Of a stretch of DNA of 64,000 nucleotides, positions 56,579 to 64,000 are shown one piece after another; within the stretch, counting starts at the first letter, position 1; the number at the start of each line of letters is the position of its first letter. The DNA is from Eledone cirrhosa (lineage: Eukaryota). The DNA is taken from contig OZ024741.1 of the NCBI GenBank assembly GCA_964016885.1, forward strand, positions 321,594,001-321,658,000. Reading direction: 5' to 3'. The translations under genes and the position numbers were made by a program. The notes beneath the pieces are model-generated. The model saw only the letters and a list, made by a program, of their open reading frames with translations, had not been told where the DNA came from and did no database searches.

Positions 56579-56601
56579 ACACACATATATATATATATAT
56601 A

Positions 56602-56640
<39 letters not shown>

Positions 56641-56642
<2 letters not shown>

Positions 56643-57392
56643 GCAAAGTTTTATTTAAATTGTTGGGTTACAACGAGTAAATATTTATAACTGATATAAA
56701 AGCACTCAACAAGTATTTGGAGTATATTTACGATATTAAATAAATGGAAACTATATTTATAAAACCATATTTATTTCATTATATATATTTCAGGGATATC
56801 ATATTAAAAATATGGTATGCCTTCTTCAGACAAAATACAATATAAACAGTCTTATAAATAGATAGATTTGACATACCTTAAACTTCCATTTAAAAAGTTG
56901 ATTTGGTAGTGAAAAATGTTAGGGACAGTTATAAAAAGAAAGAAAGAAAAAAAGAAAAAAAGCGAAGAAAAAGAATAAATGCATGCAACTAAATAGAGAG
57001 AGATAGATATAGAGAGAGAGAGAGAGAGAAGAAATTCATGTAAAGAAACAGAGAGAGATAGATAGAGAGAAAAAATTCTTTACATGAATTTCTTCTCTCT
57101 ATCTATCTTTCTATATCTATCTCTCTCTATTTAGTTGCATGCATTTCTTCTTTTTCTTCGCTTTTTTTCTTTTTTTCTTTCTTTCTTTTTATAACTGTCC
57201 CTAACATTTTTCACTACCAAATCAAATTTTTAAATGGAAGTTTAAGGTATGTCAAATCTATCTATTTATAAGACTGTTTATATTGTATTTTGTCTGAAGA
57301 AGGCTTACCATATTTTTAATATGATATCCCTGAAATATATATGATGAAATAAATATGGTTTTATAAATATAGTTTCCATTTATTTAATATCG
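56641..57392. repeat. Fold-back insertion built from two inverted PLE-1-like pLTR ends
   Basis: ~56730-57045 is the reverse complement of ~57078-57392; both arms carry the hammerhead motif. Confidence 0.85.
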
Positions 57393-57438
<46 letters not shown>

Positions 57439-58027
57439 CACACACATACACACACACACACATGTGTGTGTACAAGCATACACATACACAAACATAGCCA
57501 TACACACACACATATATATACACACATACATACATTCACACAAACATACAACGTACATACATACACATACATGAATGCACTCCTCTACATATTCACACAC
57601 GCAAATAAATATAAGAAAAAAATATATAAATATATATTAAAAAATTTTTGACACCGATACATGCCCCAGCTAACAGGACAGACACGCGTGGTAAGTAATA
57701 CACACAAAAGCACATATACATACGTACGAAATAGTAAACACATACACACACTCTCACACATAAATATACATATACAAATACATAAACACGTACATACACA
57801 TACATACACAAACACGCACACGTATATAATATAAACACACACATGTATATGAAATTATATACACACACATACACATATATATATATATATATACATACAA
57901 AAATATAAAAATATAAACGCACACACACACACACACATATATATACGTAAACACACATATACATACATAGCTAAACAATTATACACATGCAAATACGTAT
58001 ATATCAAAAGCACGCACAACCAAATAC

Positions 58028-58107
<80 letters not shown>

Positions 58108-58269
58108 AAAATAAATAAATACACACGCACACATATACATACATACATATATATATACACATATATATATATATATATATATGTAGGAGGTGAGTTTTAT
58201 TGTAGTACAATAAAGCAATGCAGATATCGGATAAGAAGCACTCTACAGTTTGTAGGACTGGAGTATACA

Positions 58270-58588
58270 TAATATAAGATCAAAAGATGGTTAAAGGAGT
58301 TCCATGTATTTTATTATGCGCATTTCAAAAACAAACATCATCATGCAATAATATTTGTGTTTTCATCAGATAAAACAGGAGAACATGATATGAAGGCTAA
58401 AAAACACTTGTGGATAGTGCAGTTGGATATGTTGATTTAAAACTGCACTATCCACAAGTGCTTTTTAGCCTTCATATCATGTTCTCCTGTTTTATCTGAT
58501 GAAAACACAAATATTATTGCATGATGATGTTTGTTTTTGAAATGCGCATAATAAAATACATGGAACTCCTTTAACCATCTTTTGATCT

Positions 58589-58595
<7 letters not shown>
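58270..58595. repeat. Near-perfect 155-bp-arm palindrome with a 16-nt loop and a hammerhead on each strand (58490-58556 +, 58309-58375 -)
   Basis: ttttat CTGATGA aaacacaaatattattgcatgatgatgtttgttttt GAAA tgcgca TA ataaaa. Confidence 0.9.
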
Positions 58596-58631
<36 letters not shown>

Positions 58632-58909
58632 TACACGTACACATACACACATGCATACACATACACACACACATATACATGTGTGTATGTGTAAAGCTCA
58701 GTATTAGATAAGACAAATGAATCTTACATAAACGTATATATAGTAGTAAAGTAATAAAGCAACACAAGGCAATTAATCCATTCACCAGAGGTTTCTTAAA
58801 AGCAAAAAAAGTTTCCTTCAATCTTCAGAATGAAAAAAAGCCTGGTTTATCCACATATACATACATATACACACACAAATATACAATTATATACACACAT
58901 ACACATACG

Positions 58910-58965
<56 letters not shown>

Positions 58966-58971
58966 AATATA

Positions 58972-59019
<48 letters not shown>

Positions 59020-60427
59020 TATATACACACAAAAATACATACACATACACATAGGTATGCGAAGGGCAAAACAAAAAGAATATATGGGGGGGGGCATAAG
59101 AGAAGGTAAAATATAAGGGGAGGTAAGGGAGAAAAAAATTTTGTAAATATACAAGAGTACAGAAGGTAGAGTCAGCAAAATAAAAACCGTAGCAAAAGTA
59201 AAGAGCAGAGAAGGAGTTCAAGGCGGTTGATTTCTCATAGGAGTGTCAATCCAGTTACAGATCAGATGCGATTTCAGATGAGGACAGCATCTGAAGATCT
59301 CAGTCTTTGAGTTAAGGCAAGCGGAAGTGGCTCTCAAGTTTAGCAAAATCCTATACTTTTCTGTGATGCACAAAGAACAATTCTTTGTGCCCCTTTGGTA
59401 CTCCCTCGAATGGTCTAATATAGACCAATCAATAGAGTACGGGATATTACTATCCTTGAGATCCCATACCTTACTTGCGAGGGCCGTTGATGTTCGTTTA
59501 TCAGAGTGCTTAAAAGAAGCGACATGTGAGTAAAATCTGGTTTTAAACCTGTCCTGGGTCATACCGACATATCGCTCACTCCTGGCTGGCTGGTTGTTGA
59601 TAACTGGCGTTATCTTAGCCTCATAAACCACAGATTTTGTGTTACATTTACCCTGCAATGGGCATTCATCCGGCTTCCTGCAACTGCATCCTGGATTTAT
59701 CCTCGTACGGTTTGAATTGGTGATTTTGGACTTCATGGATGGGCAACAAGAGTAGCTGATCTTAACTACATTCCTATTAAAAATCTTATAATATCTATGA
59801 ATAGGAGGAAAATGTTTGTCTAATAGTTCAAGGAATTTCCTTCCTACATTAGTTTTGACAGTTAGAGAGAAGGGGGGTGTGAACCAAATAATCTTCCTTT
59901 TCCTGTTATTATGGTTAGTTTTAGGGGGGGGGGTAGGTAAATAAGACATTTTTTCCGTAAAACCGCTGTTCTTAAGGGCTTTATTATAATAAGGGGCGGC
60001 TTTATTAAAAATGTCTATAGTCGAAGATAAGGTAGAAATCCTACGGCTAATGTTAGGAATAAGATTATTAAAAACTATAGGGGGATGGCAAGACTCTTTG
60101 TGTATATACCTAAGATTTTCATTAGGTTTATGATAGGGTTTAAAAGAGGCAGTAAGTAGATCAAGATTAATATCAAGAAAGTTAGCATTAGTAAGGTTCG
60201 TATCTATAGTAATTTTAAGGTTAAGATTAGCAAAAGTATTAATTAAATCTTTACGGAATTTATCAAGATTATGGCCGTTGGTGGTATGAGAAACTGCTAA
60301 TCCGCCGTCATCACGGTATAAACCGATATTATGGGACGGAAATTTCTCTTTGAGTGTGTGGAGAAGGAATAATCCTACTAAGTCACACACATCCGCACTG
60401 TCATATGAACCCATATACATACATTTG

Positions 60428-60486
<59 letters not shown>

Positions 60487-60894
60487 ATGTGTGTGTATAT
60501 AATTACATATACATGTGTGTGTTTATATTATATACGTGTGCGTGTTTGTGTATGTATGTGTATGTACGTGTTTATGTATTTGTATATGTATATTTATGTG
60601 TGAGAGTGTGTGTATGTGTTTACTATTTCGTACGTATGTATATGTGCTTTTGTGTGTATTACTTACCACGCGTGTCTGTCCTGTTAGCTGGGGCATGTAT
60701 CGGTGTCAAAAATTTTTTAATATATATTTATATATTTTTTTCTTATATTTATTTGCGTGTGTGAATATGTAGAGGAGTGCATTCATGTATGTGTATGTAT
60801 GTACGTTGTATGTTTGTGTGAATGTATGTATGTGTGTATATATATGTGTGTGTGTATGGCTATGTTTGTGTATGTGTATGCTTGTACACACACA

Positions 60895-60972
<78 letters not shown>

Positions 60973-60996
60973 TATATATATATATGTGTGTGTGTA

Positions 60997-61033
<37 letters not shown>

Positions 61034-61322
61034 TTGTGTATGTATGAATGTATGTATGTGTATATGTGTGTATATATGTGTATGTGTGTGTAGGTGTACG
61101 TTTTATATATATATATATGTGTATATGTATATATGTATGCGTACATTTATATATATGTATAGATGTATGTGTGTGTAAGTATGCTTTTGTGTTTTTTTGT
61201 GTGTGTGTTTGCATGTGTAGTTTTATTTTATTTTTCCTTTCCTTCTCCCTTTTCCAGCCTCACTTTCATATAGATTGCATTTTTGCTTTTAGAATCCAAA
61301 TTCAATAAACAAACCAGGATTT

Positions 61323-61380
61323 TTCATTCTGAGGATTGAAAGCAAAACCTTTTGCTTTTAAGAAACCACTGGTAAATGGA
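61323..61380 (+). ncRNA. Hammerhead ribozyme of the PLE-2 pLTR; copies at 51039-51096 and 56172-56229 (-); paralogue with a UG site at 53367-53424 and 58777-58834 (-)
   Basis: ttcatt CTGAGGA ttgaaagcaaaaccttttgcttttaa GAAA ccactgg TA aatgga. Confidence 0.87.
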
Positions 61381-61480
61381 ATAATTGCCTTATGTTGTTT
61401 ATTACATAATAATAATAATTAAGCTCTGTTGCCTACATAGAGCACTCTTTTTTCATGGACTTTTCCGATGGAATTACTTC

Positions 61481-61529
<49 letters not shown>

Positions 61530-61683
61530 TGTGTAGGCGGTCATCCAAACTGGAAACAACTGGCCCTCTTGATCGCCTTCGAGTCAAAAACTTTTTTCTC
61601 TGTTTTTTTCTCTGCTTTCTCTCCTTATAGCCACTTGGATTGTGTTTATCATTATTCCTTTATTATATAACTATTATGCAATA

Positions 61684-61743
61684 TACCCCTGATGATGTCA
61701 CCAAGATCCTACGTAATCTGGCCACTGAAATGTACATAGTGTT
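61684..61743 (+). ncRNA. Partly decayed hammerhead motif
   Basis: CTGATGA...GAAA tgtaca TA with a palindromic stem III; stem I pairing is weak. Confidence 0.5.
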
Positions 61744-61851
61744 TACTGAAATAAATCTATGAAGGAATTTCACCAGTCCGGCCTCCTTTTATTTTACTCA
61801 ATAATAATTAACTCCGTTCTTGCACCACCAACAAGATCCAACATCATATAT

Positions 61852-62357
61852 ATATCATCATCATTATCATCATCGTTTAACGTCTATCTTCCACGCTAGC
61901 ATGGGTTTAGACGAGAATTGTCCCATTTGAGGCAAGATTGGTCGTCTCGCTCGTATAGGACTGTCTGGCAGGTTTTCTACGGCTTCTCTCGTTCAGCCAT
62001 TGATTCAGCTATGAGCATTAGATCATCTGCATATCGAAGTTCCCATGGGCAGCCAGTCTTGAACTCCTCTGTTATAGCCTGAAGGGCAATAATAAATAGG
62101 AGGGGGCTAAGGACAGAGCCCTGATGAACACCAACTTTTACGCTAAATTCTTCACTATATTCGTTGTTAATTCTAACCTTGCTGACTGTTTCTTTATACA
62201 TGGCTTGTATAGCTCTCACAAGCCATTCATCAACCCCTAGTTTTCTAAGGGCCCACCAGATAATGGCGCGGGGGGACTCTGTCAAATGCTTTCTCCAAGT
62301 CAACAAAAGCTAAGTATAGGGGTTTACTTTTAGCTAGGTAGTTCTCCTGTAGTTGTC
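61852..62357 (-). mobile_element. Internally deleted RTE fragment (RT piece joined directly to the 3' UTR)
   Basis: ORF 61977-62306 contains GVHQGSVLSPLLF..YADD; junction at ~61984. Confidence 0.85.
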
Positions 62358-62486
62358 ATACATATATATATATACACAAACACACACACACACACATGTA
62401 TATTTGCCTGTCTAACCCATGCTAGAATAGAAAAATGGATGTTAAACAGTGATGATGATGATGATGATGATATATATATATGTATA

Positions 62487-62902
62487 TCATCATCATCATA
62501 ATCATCAACATCATCATTCTTTAATGTTCGCATTCCCTGCTAGCAAGGTTTGAACGGGTCTACATAAACCATGTCAGTATGGAAGTGGGGCTACTGACCT
62601 TCCAGACAGGCCAAAGATCTGCATCTTGCTTATGTATGATCTCACAAGTTTGAAGTTATGGCAAGTGTGGTGTGATTTGACAGGGTGATGAGTGGGCAAG
62701 GAAATACGATGATAAGAACACTGAAGTAATGTGGGAAGGAGGGTGTGGATTGTTTGGTCATTAGCTCTTGGATAGGTGTGGCATTCACCAGTACCAGGAT
62801 GGAGAGAATAGATAACAAGGCTCTCATATGTTTATTGTATATAGACATATAGTATATGCTTTTGTACTATTCTTTGAGCTGTTTTAGTGCTACTGCCAAT
62901 AT
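62487..62902 (-). mobile_element. (GAT)n-tailed repeat; uninterrupted version of the element that hosts the Tx1 insertions
   Basis: Matches 19775-20087 + 24681-24730 and 31340-31653 + 34881-34930. Confidence 0.75.
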
Positions 62903-63456
62903 ATGACCCATGCTAGCGTGGAAAATGGACGTTAAACGATGATGATGATGATGATGATGATATCTTAATTCATTTCTGAAGGCCATTTGTAAACAGAAAC
63001 TATTTTTCCCATACAAAATGTTGAGAGAGAAATACAGTGAGAAAGAGACTGTGTGGATGACAGATAGATATCACCATAGTAACTAACTACACAGCAAGTG
63101 ATGCTTTCCTGCCAATACTCCCAGCTTGTTGCCTACTGTTGTTACTGGTTTGTGTGTTTGTTACTTGAGACACCGTTCATGAACTGAGATGTTTTATGAT
63201 GGGAAAAATTGTTGAGAATATTTATATTAAAAGTTTGTGCTATTTATGTATTACCAGTGGTTTTGTAGACATAAACACATCTAGGTCCTTCAGATGTGTT
63301 TAAGTATGTAATAAGAAAATAATGATGGTCTTAAAGTTGAATGTTATAAGGAGTTCAGATCACATGGTGGTATGGGCTTTTTAGCAGCACCACATGTTTC
63401 TAGCCATGTGGAGATATAGGTGGTCTAAGGGTGTTGTAGATAAAACATTTTGTTAC

Positions 63457-63627
63457 CTTTACATATAGTGTTGGCTGATGTCCATTTATTATCCATCTCA
63501 CACGTTGCTGTAAACTGTTCTCCCATTGGGCAGATATAGGTAACTTCAGATTCATAGCTGGTGGTGTCATATAACTTGACGGCATTACTAATTTCCTGGG
63601 GAGGACCACAGTCAATATTTTTGTAAG
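63457..63627 (-). CDS. Exon encoding a Sushi/CCP domain (first visible exon of the Sushi-GON gene; gene start lies outside the window)
   Basis: tttcag|ct...aaag|gtaac, 171 nt, phase 1-1; YKNIDCGPPQEISNAVKLYDTTSYESEVTYICPMGEQFTATCEMDNKWTSANTICK (4 Cys + Trp). Confidence 0.85.
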
Positions 63628-64000
63628 CTGAAATTGATAAAGGAAAAAATTGACATAGCTGTTACGACATTGGCTTAACTCTTCCATGACCATATTTTTA
63701 ATAAAATACACTCTATTTCAATTAATGAGGAATTTTGATTGATTTATGAAAATTATTGATTACTTCATTACGAAGATAGTACCTTAACATATTGTTCTTA
63801 TGTAAAATTATATTGGAAGGTTTAAATTTAAATAGGGACACTTTAAAATGGGTGGGTTTTGTTTTCTAAGACCAGAGCCTGTTTTGCCTGGATTGGTATA
63901 AAAAAATGATCAAATGCCTCATTATTTGTTCCAGTTCTCAGTGCTCTGAGTTCAAATACCACCAAGATCAACTTAGCCTTTTATTCTTTTGGGAGCTCAA

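Larger units (their letters stand above)
51005..61483 (-). mobile_element. Penelope-like element 2 complex (Naiad-type): truncated copy (ORF 59218-60413) + pLTR, then a full-length copy (55945-53814) + pLTR, with an inverted pLTR at ~60420-61483
   Basis: Direct repeats 58600-60413 vs 53180-55007, 57400-58180 vs 51900-52650 and 56135-56640 vs 51008-51470; inverted copy at ~60420-61483. Confidence 0.92.

Noticed and set aside
63400-63711. 103-aa ORF in the track
   Set aside because: Wrong frame; the real coding signal is the Sushi exon 63457-63627.

Overview
AT-rich, microsatellite-dense animal genomic DNA; the repeat content is consistent with a mollusc or cephalopod, which is an inference. 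1-14 kb: a pile of RTE-clade LINE copies with (GAT)n tails and a PHD finger inside the ORF, one nested inside another, plus a hAT MITE and SINEs. 14.5-16 kb: a non-autonomous Helitron and a Tc1/mariner-type MITE. 16.3-41.3 kb: a triplicated ~10 kb unit. Each repeat carries an intact two-exon, divergent beta-tubulin gene, and two repeats also carry a decayed Tx1/L1 LINE; one of these LINEs has captured a 208-bp piece of tubulin exon 2. 43.6-63.6 kb, minus strand: four phase-compatible exons of a Sushi(CCP)+GON-domain protein that the ORF track does not assemble. Its ~17-kb intron is filled with Penelope-like (Naiad-type) retroelements and short fold-back elements sitting in (TA)n tracts. About 16 minimal type-I hammerhead ribozyme motifs from about seven sequence families can be read directly from the sequence. 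All family assignments come from manual motif recognition, not database searches.
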